NCBI RefSeq assembly: GCF_006345805.1 | Contig: NC_043000.1 | Coordinates: 103,726,001-103,790,000 of the forward strand | Length of the DNA: 64,000 bases | Source: Octopus sinensis | Lineage: Eukaryota | Direction: 5' to 3' | Shown here: in pieces, positions 12,091 to 24,181 of the stretch | Position numbering within the stretch: the first letter of the stretch is position 1 | Layout of the letters: each line of letters opens with the position of its first letter | The notes under the pieces: model-generated | What the model saw: only the letters and a program-made list of their open reading frames with translations | Told to the model about the DNA's origin: nothing | The model's database searches: none | Program-made: the position numbers and the translations under genes

Positions 12091-12693
12091 ATTAAGATGC
12101 ACACTTTTTTCATATCTTTTTTTTTTCTGCACAAAGTGCACCAAAATATTTCTATTTGCTCTTAAGTGCACCATGAGCCAAAGATCTTTATAAGACACAT
12201 GTCACTTCCACCTTACCTAATGTAACAGAGAATTTGTAATGTCTGTTAATTACTTCAGTATATTGGGTTTTTTTACCTTAAATAATCCCGATAAGATGGA
12301 AATCAAATTAAACCACAGTTAAATTTGAACTCAGATCCATGAGGTAGAAAACTAAATGTTACAAGTGCACTCCACACTCTGCACTACCTGCAGTGACATT
12401 TATGACATTTCATCAAAGGAACTTCTATGCAATTGCTTGACCTGCTAAAAATAGCAACCAAAGCTTTCTGAAATCATATTGCACAATTTTAAAAAGAAAG
12501 AGTATATTGAACACAGTTGTACTTGATATACAAAGGATGCAGAGATCATGGCTGAAACACCTGTGATCATAGGTATGCTTAATTAATGTTGACTGGGGCT
12601 GAACAACAACCATATTCATGATATTCAGTAATTAATAACTGAATGATTAACCTGTTTTAAGTTTTCATTATAAAATATTGTTCTGTATTTCAG

Positions 12694-12850
12694 GCTACAT
12701 AAAAACCATACATCTTCTTTGGGTTTTGTATCTACTTGGTTTACAGGCCATTCAACAAATCCTTCCTTACTGATACCATTGATCGACAATATAGATTTCT
12801 GTAAAGGTTACCTAAATAGCTGTGTAGACCTTTGTACAAAGGAACTTCAG
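12694..12850 (+). CDS. DENND3: DENND3-like exon
   Basis: ttcAG|...CAG|GTAAGT; LHKNHTSSLGFVSTWFTGHSTNPSLLIPLIDNIDFCKGYLNSCVDLCTKELQ; phase 2 to 0. Confidence 0.85.
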
Positions 12851-13699
12851 GTAAGTTACTTTAAAGTCAGTATTTGTTTGATTATGACTAACAAAACTTA
12901 TATATCTGCCAAAACTGAACGTGTCTTTATGTTTAATTCAATGGGTTGTTAGATCACTACTGCTTGATACTTTTGGCAAGTGTCTTCTACCATAGACTCA
13001 TGTCAAGCAAAGCTTTAATTAGTGAAATTTGATAAATAGAAACTGTGGATAATCATTTTTACTTGATGTAGTTGGAAGAAGACATAGATGTATTTTGATG
13101 AAATTGCATCATATAGCAGTTGCAAGTGAAATACTGCATAGTGGTAGTGGTGGTGCTGGTACTGGTAGTGCTGGTGGTGGTGCTGGTGCTGGGAGTGCTG
13201 GTGGCGGTGGTGGCGGTGGTGGCAGCAGCAGCAGCAGTAGCAGTAGCACTGGTAGTAGAGCCTCAGATCAGCCTTAAATGAGCAGATCTATAATAAAAGT
13301 ATTCTCACCTTTACTTTCCCTTCTTTTTGCATATCTAGTCCAGCACAGTCAAGTGGTCCTTCCTTTTCGAGTTACTATTTCTTGCATCTCAAGTGACCAT
13401 GAAGAGATATTCTTGTTAATAGGGCAATTGTTAAATGATGTAATTATAACAGAGTAGCTGTTACAGGGAATAAATGTAAATATAGCTTGGTAAATAGAGG
13501 TCTTTCTGTTTTTGGAGTGGTGATTAATATTACCACCCAGTCCTTGTACGAGCTTTAAGTACAGTCCATTCTGCTGTAAAGCATTCAGAGTAGGTCTTCA
13601 GTCAGAGGATAAATACCTTCCTTTTTTTTTTATTTAAAGTCTTAACAGGCCAGCAAAAAAGATCAATAGTACCACCTTTCTTCCTCTAGTTGTTGAAGT

Positions 13700-13860
13700 A
13701 TGTGGCTTAGTGGTTAGTGTGATAGGTTCATGATTGTAAGACTGTGGTTTCAATTCCTGGACTGGCTGATGCATTGTGTTCTTAAACTAAACACTTCATT
13801 TCATGTTGCTCCAGTCTACTCAGCTGGCAAAAATGAGTAATCTTGTGACTGACCAGTATC
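13700..13860 (+). mobile_element. tRNA-derived SINE (second family), decayed
   Basis: tggcttagtggttag...gtggtttcaattcctggactgg...gctccagtctactcagctggcaaaaatgagt; similar copy at 43160-43290. Confidence 0.7.
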
Positions 13861-14221
13861 TGAGCTTCCGGACAGCTTAGCATTACTCTGTTTCACTCAA
13901 AAAATTTTGAATGTAACTTTTTTTTAAAACATTTCTGTTTTCCTATTTATGTTTGCATTTATTCCATATAACAGCCACTCTATATTTTGATTACATCATG
14001 TAAGCACTGCCCACTGATAAAATTACATCATTTAGCAATAGCCTTCCTTACAAGCTAACAAAAATGCCTCTTCATGGTCGCTCGAGATGCTAGAAATAGC
14101 AACTCAAATCACATCCTACTGTTTTAAAAATGGGAGGACACATTGGACTATTTTAGACAAGATAGACAAAATGTCAGGAAAGTATTATAGATCTGATAAC
14201 TCAAGGCTAACCTGAGACTAA

Positions 14222-14265
<44 letters not shown>

Positions 14266-16189
14266 CTCTACTACCACCACCACCACCACTACTACTACCA
14301 CCACCACCACCACTACTACTACCACTGCTACTGCTGCTGCCACCACTGCCACTACCACAACCGTCTCTACAATTGCTGTCACCACCACCACCCTGTATTT
14401 CTAGTGCAACTGCCATATAATGCATTTCCATTCTTGTTATGCATTATGTATCAAGTGCTCCTTTTTTAGTGCTTTTCTTTGTAATGACTATCTTATATTA
14501 CTATTACATCATTTGGCATACTTACACAAGTGTCCTACAACTTTGTTTCATCGTAACTTTCAGAAAAAATGGGTATTTTTTAATGAAATTTTCTCAAATA
14601 CCTTTCAGAGGGTGTGGGCATGCACACATATGTACTGACACATGTCACATATATGTATTTACAAAATGAAACTTGGAATTTTGAAAAAATTATGCGATAT
14701 GTCATTAGAATACATATGTGGATGCCTACCAATTTTTTTCTTTTTTTTTCACATTTAAATTCTGATATAATTGTAATCTACACCATCTGAAAGGTATTCT
14801 GTAGAAAATTTCATTAAAAAATATCCATTTTCCCGAAAGCTATGAGGAACCATAGTTGGTAGATTGGAACATTTGGGTAGGTATACCCATCATTTAGTAT
14901 GTACTCTTTCTTAGTTACACAATGTATCAATTCCCTTATGGTACTATTAAGTCACTTAATAACTGGTCCTTGTTTCTATGAGACTATGGAATAACATGTA
15001 TCATGTAATAACTACCTTATGTTACAAGTTATTTCTTTAATAATGACCCAATGTTGACATTTTGCCATGTAACAAATATCCTACGTTACAACTATACAGC
15101 TTTGTTTCTGGACATCATGTAATATCTATGCTATGTTACAACTGCATTATTTAATAATGGTATCTCTACTTGATGTTAGACCTACTAAAAATTTTCTTCA
15201 AATCACAACTTACCATTTAAAAAAAACGAAGTGCACATTTGATAACGTAGTCCTAGATACACTCAGTTTATGAAAAAGACAAAATAAGCATGGCTGGATT
15301 GTCTTTGACTATAGGTCTGCTTGGTTAGGGCTGACCTGGAGTTAAACAATAACAACCTATATATTTTACAATTATGTAATAACTGTTTGGTGTCATCAGA
15401 ATATAATTTGATACACAGCTTAAAGTCACAATGTTATTATATAATAAATGCACTATATGACAACTGTGTTGCATAATGACTGCTATATGCTGTGTGATAT
15501 AAGTTCATCAGATACTAACAATTGATATTTGGGAGCCATGTAGTTAAGAAGGCTTCTTTGAAATTATTGATAGTTTTGGGTTCAGTCTTAGCTATCAACA
15601 AATAAAGGTGATGTGAGGAAATCAAGTCAGAGGTCTGGCATTGAATAGCAGACCGCAGAGCATCTCACCCAGAAAGCTGTTTTGAAATATTTGAATAGTA
15701 AAACATTCATAGAAAATTCTTAATTTATAGAGGAAGAGAGGTGATATGAAGCAGTGAGACACAGGGAGAGGGTTTGTAAGAAGAGTGTGAAGTGGCTGTA
15801 TTGGTAAGAAGCTAAGAATGGGAGAGAAGAAAGAACCAAAGCTTCTATCAAGGCAAGTTCAAATATATGATACAGAAGTTGTAAAAGTTATGGTGGAGTT
15901 ATGGTAAAAGTTATGGTTTCAGTTAGTTGAAAATAGCTCGTTATTTTTGCACTGGTTTAAGAAAACCTACACTCAAAGGCTTTCCAGCCATAATATTCTT
16001 CCTTTCATTTTCAGACACACTGTATTTGGTAGTATATTAATCCAATGTATACTTCCTTTTTTAAACTCGTTAGGTGTGATTTGAAGATAATTTGTCAGCC
16101 ATTTTTTGCTGTGTGAGTGCTAAGTAGGGATTGATGAGTTATAAATAGATATATATAAATAGTTATAAATAATTTTTTCTTGGATCTTA

Positions 16190-16510
16190 CTGAGACTTGT
16201 GCTGGTGGCATGTGAAAAACATTCAAGCGAGGTCAGTGCCAGTGCCGCTGGACTGGCTCCTGTGCAGGTGGCACATAAAAAGCACCATTTGAGTGTGGCC
16301 ATTGCCAGTATCGCCTGACTGACCCTCATGCCAGTGGCACATAAAAGCACCTACTACACTCTCAGAGTGGTTGGCATTAGAAAGGGCATCCAGCTGTAGA
16401 AACTTTACCAGATCAGATTGGAGTCTGGTGCAGCCATCTGGTTTGCCAGACCTCAGTCAAATCGTCCAACCCATGCTAGCATGGATAGTGGACGTTAAAC
16501 AATGATGATG
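16190..16510 (+). mobile_element. RTE 3'-tail fragment
   Basis: Three gtggcacataaaaagcacc units, then gtggttggcattag...catccagctgtagaaac...ggacgttaaac(GAT)n. Confidence 0.85.
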
Positions 16511-17088
16511 AGTTATAAATAGATAGCATAACTAGTTAGGCACAGCACATTGTCTAAAGTAGTAGGAGCATTGTAAATTTGGTGTTTGTTAGCACTCAAT
16601 CTTGAATATAAGTCCTCTCCTAGTTGTGTGGGCAGGTAGAGAGAAAGACAACTGCAATGTATACTTGCCTGGAGCATCTCAGGTCCTAAAATCAACAGGG
16701 ACCCTAGGAATTCAATCTCCCAAGTGATATTTTCAGTATAATTTAAACAAAAAATTATGGCCTACTTAAAGGAGGAAAGGTAGTGCTCATTGTCTTTTCA
16801 GGGCCTCTAAGATTATTGGGAAGAAAGGAAGAAAGAAGGAAGTTATCTTCAAACTGTGGTTAGGGTTTATGACCTAAATACTTACAAAAGAATGGACTTT
16901 GCTACATGGGAACATGAACTATGTGGTAGTACTAAAATGGGTGATGGATTGAGCCTCCCATCTAAAGTATTAAAGAAACAAATATTGTAATTTTCATTAT
17001 TTCCATTTTATAGGAAGAAATGTTCTGTTCTGTTAATCTCAGTTGTATTATTAACTCATTACTTGAAATCTTATTTCATTCCTTGCAG

Positions 17089-17228
17089 GAGGAGCGTCAT
17101 TTCAGTGAACGTGCTTCCCTAATATACCTACGAAGTATGTTTCTCCTTGCCTGCTCTAAACATATGTTAGCATTTGCAGATCTGGTTAACCTTCACAGAA
17201 CAGCAAAAACTATCAACATACCATCAAA
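17089..17228 (+). CDS. DENND3: DENND3-like exon
   Basis: tgcAG|GAG...AA|GTTAGT; EERHFSERASLIYLRSMFLLACSKHMLAFADLVNLHRTAKTINIPS; phase 0 to 2. Confidence 0.82.
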
Positions 17229-17509
17229 GTTAGTGCTTTACTTACTTAATTTTTATCATTTACACACACATGCACACTCACACACATGCTCACACACACA
17301 CACACACACACACTCTCTCTCTCTCTCTCTCTCTCTCTTCCTCTCTCTCTCACACACACACACATTCACACACACACACACACACACACAACACATGCAC
17401 ATACTCATTGTGCTTTTGGAACAACAATCACTAAAATGATATATTTTTCTTTTTCATAATTTTCTGTCATTTTATCATATTCTACATTCTGAAACATTTG
17501 TAACTCACA

Positions 17510-17737
17510 TTAACCCTTTCATTACTGCATTTATTTTGAGATGCTCTGTGTTTTTCCAATTATTTTAAATATAACAAAGAATTTAGTAAAATAACATCAT
17601 TACCATTAAGCTAGTGTTAGGAACATAAATTGTGACTAAGATTTAGTGGAAGATTTAAATTCAAAACTTATGAAAACCAGACATTTATACTAAAGAGCCA
17701 GAGCCGATTTCAGCTGGGTTGGTAACGAAAGGATTAA
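17510..17737. mobile_element. piggyBac-type MITE
   Basis: ttaaccctttcattac...gtaacgaaaggattaa inverted termini with TTAA. Confidence 0.65.
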
Positions 17738-18340
17738 AAGAAAAAACTTTTACCCCCTCTTCCTTCCTTTATTGTACTTTTCACAATGAAAGAAAAGTCA
17801 AACGCTGCAAGTGGATGTGCGAAAAACAAAATTTGAATTTTGAAAAGTGTCTGTAAAGCAACATTTTCAGTTGTTTATTTAAACTTTCTCTGCTGACTTG
17901 CAAAATACAATTACATGTAATAGATGGGTTTTGCTAATTTTCCACGATTTTAATTCTTGTGTATGAGGGTGCCCACCAAATTTGAAGTGCCCCAGGCCTT
18001 CCATGATTTAAATCTGGTCTTGTATGTATGTTTTGAAATAACTGACTACCAGTGAATATCCAATCAAAACTTGAACTAAAGATAGTTCTCATCTAAATTA
18101 ACGAACAACTCTGCATCATACAGCGCAGAGTTGATAAATGAAAAACTTTAAGCAGGTAAATCAAAGGATATTAAAGTGAAGACCCTGAAGAAACTGTACT
18201 GGTACAGCAGTAGGGTTGTGGTTGCAACAGTTACTAATCAATGCAGTAGAAACATGTATGTCTATTTGAAGCAGTATATATATGAAGGAATTAAAGGTAA
18301 TGCTATGCTGCTTCATAATAATCCTTATTGTTATTATATA

Positions 18341-19067
18341 TCCTAATAAGAAGCAAAGTTTGTTTGTTTGTACATTGACTACTGAAAACACTAAATAAAG
18401 TTGATGATATTTCAGGATTTTCATGTCATAAATTAATTTCACCATTCTGCAGATAACTGTACACTTATTTTCCAAAAATTAATTTGGGGTGGGAGCAAGT
18501 TGGTTGTGTATTGGCCCCTATTTCTAGCAGTCCATGTACTGTCTATTTCACCATAGTTTCTATATCTTATTTCTATCCTTATAAGAAGCAAAGTTTGTTT
18601 GTTTGTACATTGACTGCTGAAAACACTAAATAAAATTGATAATATTTCAGGTTTTTTGTATCATTTAAATTAATTTGACCATTCCACAGATAACTGTGCA
18701 CTTATTTGCTGAAAATAGATTGGGGGTGCCGAGGTAGTGTTGTATTGGCTCCTATTTCTAGCAATCCACACACTGTCTATTTCACCTTAATATCTATATA
18801 ACCTTATAAAAAGCAAAGTTTGTTTGTATGTTGACTGCTGAAAACTAAATATAAAAAAAAGCTTTGTTTGTTTGTTTGTTTCTACGTTGACCACTGCAGA
18901 CACTAAATAGAATTGATAATATTTCAGGTTTTTTGTACCATTTAAATTAATTTGACTGTTCCACAGATAATTGTGCACTTATTTTCCAAAAATGGAATGG
19001 AGGTGGGGGGCAAGTTGGTGGTGTATTGGCTCTTATTTCTAGCAATCCATGTACTATCTATTTCACT
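18341..19067. repeat. Three diverged tandem ~230-bp units
   Basis: Units start at about 18341, 18576, 18801 (aagcaaagtttgtttg...cagataactgtgcacttatt...gtattggc..ctatttctagca). Confidence 0.9.
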
Positions 19068-19173
19068 ATAATGCTTTTTACACAGGGAAAAAATACTTCA
19101 CTTACCATTCAATCCACCTCTACATTTCTCTAAGTTTATATATTACATTTATTCCTTTGAAGTCACCGCCACA

Positions 19174-19406
19174 CCTCTGCTTTCTCTCTGTCTATATGCC
19201 CCTCCCTATGTCTCTATCTCTCTCACTATCTACCTCTCTTTCTCTGGTTGTATGTATCTCTCTCTCTCACTACCTCTACCTCCTTTTCTCTCTAGAGAGA
19301 AAACACATGAGAGACGGACAGAGAAAGGAGATATGGAGAAAAAAACAAGTGAGATGCTGGACCTCTGCTTTCTCTGTTTATATGTCCCTCTCTATTTCTC
19401 TCACTA

Positions 19407-19454
<48 letters not shown>

Positions 19455-19560
19455 CCTGGTTGTATATGTGTCACTCTCATTACCTCTACCTCTTTTTCTC
19501 TCGTGAGAAAAAATACATGAGACAGACAGAAAGCGGGTAGGGAGAAAAATAAGTGAGACA
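19174..19560. repeat. Two tandem ~188-bp CT/GA-rich units
   Basis: cctctgctttctct...ctggttgtat...tacctctacct...catgagagac...aagtgaga at 19174 and 19362. Confidence 0.85.
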
Positions 19561-19569
19561 GAGGGAGGA

Positions 19570-20321
19570 TGAAGATAGACATATCTATAAGTCTATGGAC
19601 AAAGTTGTCAATGAGGATGAGGCTGTCCATTATCCTGTTGAATTCCTCAACAGTCTGGAACCGTTCAGCACACTATCACACATCTTTGAATTGAAGAAGG
19701 GTGCTGTCATCATGCTTCTTAGAAACCTGGATCAGCTGAGATTGTGCAATGGTACACATATGGCTGTCACTGAACTACAGCTTCACATTATCGAAGCAAA
19801 AATCCTCACTGGATGTAGTAATAGAGATATTGTATCTATACCTAGAATATCACTAATACCAACAGATGTCCCCTTTCATTTCAAACGATTGCAATTCTCA
19901 GTGGAGGTCAGTTACGCATTGACCATTAACAAGTCCAAAGATCAAACACTACAGGTTGTTGGTCTCCATCTAAAAGAGAGCTGTTTCTCACATGGCCAGC
20001 TGTATGTAGGTTGTTCCAGAGTAGGAAGCCCTCAGAAAATCTTCATATATGCTCCAAAGGAAAAAGTCAAAAACATTGTATATACTGAAGGTCTGTTTTT
20101 TTTTATAATTTTCATACAATACCTTTCTCTATTATTATCTAGATTACTTTCTGTATTTAGATATTCTAAATAAATTTGTAAAATTATGTTCTGAAATATT
20201 TAAATACCTTTTTACAACTTTTATTGTAATGAAAATGGGTATTACGATAGATGCCAATATGTGGCTTATCAATACATTTCAACACTATACAGACTGGGCC
20301 AAAGGCTGAGAGGCCTGCTAG
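19570..20321 (+). mobile_element. Helitron 3' end with PIF1-like helicase C-terminus
   Basis: ORF 19553-20173: YPVEFLNSL, IMLLRNL, LCNGT, IPRISLIP, FKRLQF...YALTINKS..QTL, FSHGQLYVGCSRV, NIVY; GC-rich subterminal segment then CTAG|T at 20318-20322. Confidence 0.92.
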
Positions 20322-20844
20322 TATACATATATTTTTAAATATAGTTATACAAGTGAGTAATAATTATCATCAAAGTTCATTGGAATAATTAGTGGGAGGG
20401 AATGGCAAAGAAGGAAGAGGTGAAGGCAGCAGTTTTAGTATGTAGGGCTACATTATCCAGTGCTTCCTATCTTTTCCCTTGAGAGTAGGTTGTAAGTTGA
20501 GGGTGATTTGGCTGTTATTTCTAATCACTCAAATGACCATACAGAGGATCCCATGTAGTTGTTGCTGCTATAGCTACTATCATTATTGTAGGATAATCTA
20601 AGTCATCTCTGAGCAAGTATGTAAGACAGAAATTGTAGCATTTAATCAGTGTTATCAGCTATGGCCATATCATTTTCATTGTAGAGGAAGTTGTGAAATT
20701 TAAGACTTACAACATTTGGCCTATTTTATAGCTGTCAGGAATTTGATAAATATTAGGTATCTATTAACAGTAGGTCATGCAACTATTCAGAAGGTCATGC
20801 TCTGATTCATGTAATTTAGTTTGAGAATGAGGACCATCTGGCAA

Positions 20845-21010
20845 AGGTGTGTTTGTCTGGTAAGAAGTTTGCTTCACAACTCCACGGTTCTGAGTTCAGT
20901 CCCACTATGTAGCAGTGCATAGCACCTTAGGCAAGTGTTTTCAACTACAGCCCTGGGTTGACCAAAGCCTTGTGAGTGTATTTGCTATACAGAAACTGAA
21001 AGAAACCTGT
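20845..21010 (+). mobile_element. Octopus-type SINE, 5' half
   Basis: ggtaagaagtttgcttcacaactccacggttctgagttcagtcccact...caaagccttgtgagt. Confidence 0.75.
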
Positions 21011-21447
21011 CATATACATACTGGGTGTGTCAGTTTTTTTTTAAGGTCATTAGTATGAATTTAGGAAAAGATGCAAACCTCACCAAAGAAAAGTTGTATT
21101 TGGAAACAAATGGTACGAATAATCTTGAAAATTTTTTTGTCACACCTATTCAATAAACCCACCATCTGCATCAGTGGCTACTTCACTACTGGGTTGGAAG
21201 TATTGACATGCCTGAATCAGATGATCTTTATCAATTTTGAACATTGTGCTGGTTGTAGCAAACTTGAGAGACTGTATGGTGTCTCAACTATGCCTCATAT
21301 GTAATAGGTCCGTGGACTGAGATCTGGTGAGCTAAGAAGTCATGCCTGAGAGAACACGATCATGAAGATTTGCATGCACCCACACTTGGATTGCCTTAGT
21401 CTTATGAGATGGTGCAGAGTCTTGTTGGAAGACATGCAGTCTTTTGT

Positions 21448-21753
21448 GGAGGTACATGGTCTAGTGGTTAGAGCAGTGGACTCGCAATCGAGGGATCGAG
21501 GGTTTGAATCTCAGATCGGGCAATGCGTGTGTTTATGAGCGAATCACCTAAGCTCCACGTGGCTCCGGCAGAAGGTAATGGCAAACTTCTGCTGACTCTT
21601 TCGCCACAACTTTCTCTCACTCTTCCCTCATGCATCTCTCAGTTCACCTGCGACGGACCGGCATCCCGTCCAGATGGGGAACCTATATGCCAAGGAAACC
21701 GGGAAACCGCCCTTATGAGCCAGGGATAGCTCGAAAAGGAACAAACAAACATA
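21448..21753 (+). mobile_element. Full-length tRNA(Arg-like) SINE with TSD
   Basis: ggaggtacatggtctagtggttagagcag... to (AAAC)n tail; 11-bp TSD CAGTCTTTTGT at 21437-21447 and 21754-21764. Confidence 0.9.
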
Positions 21754-21811
21754 CAGTCTTTTGTTGCATACTCTGTCTATGTAGGGCCTCCCAACTTTCT
21801 CCAACACCTCT

Positions 21812-22248
21812 ATGTAGAGCACAGGTTCCCATCTAGTGTGTCACAGAACTCTGATGTGCCGCAGTATCAACTGAGGGATGCCGCAAAATATACATACATA
21901 TGTGGTATCATGATTGATCATTTAGAGCCAAAAATACATTTTGATACTATTTTAACAATAAATATTATTGTCATCTTATATTTGATATTTTTGTCAATTA
22001 CATTTTTGTATTGTCATCTATTTTATGTTTATTATATCAACATTGGTGAAATAAAGAAAATTTTTTTTTTTATCAATTCCAAGGATATAGTTTTCTGACA
22101 CAGATGTTATTATCCAGGGACAAAGTTTTGTTATATTGATGCTGAATCAAAAAGCAACTGTCATATTAGATTTTCTAATAGGGGTGCTGTAGATTTCTGA
22201 AAGGCTTGACAAGGGTGCCTTGAGGCAGAAAAGATTGGGATACTGTGG
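21812..22248. mobile_element. hAT-like MITE nested in the DD37D element
   Basis: Non-coding block between two contiguous transposase segments; ends caggttccca... and ...ggggtgc...gattgggatactg. Confidence 0.45.
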
Positions 22249-23555
22249 TGCTGAAAGTGAATTGACTCTTGAGCCCTGTGAAAAAAGTGAAGAGTCATGG
22301 CATCTTCCTTGTTGTTGATATCTCCCAGAATCATCACAGTTGCTGGGAACTTATTGTGCATGACTGTTAGAACCTCATTCAGATCTCTGCATGACCATCT
22401 GTCATTCTTTCAGTTTATATATTAATCCTGATCTAAGTTTTTCTCATTGAAGAAAAACCAAAGCATTTCAGCATTGTGGTATTTTAACTTGTTTAGCAAG
22501 CATTTTGCATGGACTGAATAATTCTCTCTAATCACATTTGACATAAACTGACCCCTCTGCAACACATACAGCTTGTACCATATGCCCTCATGCACATCTC
22601 TTACAATGGTGCATTTTGAAACCTTGACATCCTTTATAATGGCTCTGATTGACTTTCCAGGGTTTTTACCAACTATTTCTTGAACTTCTTGGACAAAGTT
22701 ATGTGTTCTGATAGTATTAGGACCAGGTGCATTTGTTTTACATTTAGCTGTTGATGTTAGATCCCCACCAGCAGCTTCCAGCACCTTTTGAACTTTGACA
22801 ACAAAGGATTAGGCAACTTTCAGGAAGTGAGCTATCTTTGTATCACTATACTATGCTTTGAAGTCATCATGATCATTATCATTGTTTCAATATCTAATTT
22901 TTTTGTGTTTGCATGGGTCAGACAGAATTCATTGAGGCAGATTTATTTTCTACAATTGGGTGCCCTTCTTATTGCCAATCTTCATATGTTGCCAAGCAAG
23001 GTAATATTTCCTCTTGGATAGACATGTTTTCATGGAAGATTAGAAATGGATGATATCACATGTCTAATAATGACACCATCAAACAATATTGAAACAAGAA
23101 AGCACACATACATATGAACACACACATACACACACAACATGACATGTTTCTTTCAATTTCCATCCACTATTTCCCCATGGCCAGACATGTTCCAACAGAG
23201 ACTCTGCACAGATGTGTGACCTGGTAAAAATAGCAGCTAAATATCCTTCAACTCACTGCCATTTTTTAAAAGACTAAAAAGCATACTTTGGGTAATATAA
23301 TCTGAGATAAAACTGCATCTTAAAAGACAGACTGATCTCTGTTGGAATTTTTTTTATCACAGATCAAGGATGACTTGAGGCTAAACAACACAAGCACCAA
23401 CTTCCAAATATGAATGAGAAAGCAGAAAATACAATTCTTTGCCTAATCCTGTTTGATATTTGAGTCCCTTTTCTTATTTTTTCTCTGGGAGGTTATAAGT
23501 TTTATTTGTAGACAAATATCTTTCTTCATTTTATCTGTTTAATTTCATTTCTTAG

Positions 23556-23716
23556 ACTCATAAAAGAAGTGTCCAGAAAAATACCACAACACAAGCGCAA
23601 TGATGATTACCACCGCTTGCTGAGAGATTATGGAATATCAAACATGGATGAATCTGATCGTCAAAGATCTTATGGAAAATCTTTAAATACACTGAAATTA
23701 CCAAATCATGATATTC
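23556..23716 (+). CDS. DENND3: DENND3-like exon
   Basis: cttAG|...C|GTAATA; LIKEVSRKIPQHKRNDDYHRLLRDYGISNMDESDRQRSYGKSLNTLKLPNHDI; joining to the next exon gives LPNHDIQLGEF (cf. human LPKTHMQLGDF, recalled); phase 2 to 1. Confidence 0.82.
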
Positions 23717-23984
23717 GTAATATATTTTTCTATTTTCCTTCCTGTAATTTTCTACATCAACTCATCTACATATCTGTCTATCTGTTTGTTTATCTATACA
23801 ACCATCTGCCCATCCACCTGTCCATCTTTCCATCTCACTATCTGCCCATCATCAATCCATCCATTTGTCCTTCCAATCTGTCCATTCTACCATCCATCTA
23901 ACTATCAATCCATCATTTTTTCTCTGTACATTTGGTTATTTATGTACCTTTTTAGCATACTATCATATATATATATTGATAAAA

Positions 23985-24118
23985 ATTGTAAGACAACAAA
24001 AGAATGAAAGAGACCTCGATATTATGTAAATAGAGGAAGTTATCTGTAAATGTAATATGTGACAATTATCCGAAACTCTGAGTTTTATCATGGTTACTGA
24101 ATAATTGTCACATATTAC

Positions 24119-24181
<63 letters not shown>

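Larger units (their letters stand above)
21050..22900 (-). mobile_element. Tc1/mariner DD37D (maT)-like transposon remnant with nested insertions
   Basis: PGKSIRAI...RGQFMS...LLNKLK...LWFFFNEKNLDQD (22422-22784), KFPATVMILG (22161-22361), YIEVLEKVGRPYID (21750-21815), VFQQDSAPSH...SPDLSP...GGFIE* (21140-21440). Confidence 0.85.

Noticed and set aside
13095-13277. Gly/Ser-rich ORFs (also 14207-14431)
   Set aside because: Trinucleotide repeats within a dispersed non-coding repeat family
21448-21525. tRNA gene-like sequence (also SINE heads at 4330, 13700, 29900)
   Set aside because: Continues into SINE body with TSD and tail; cloverleaf degenerate
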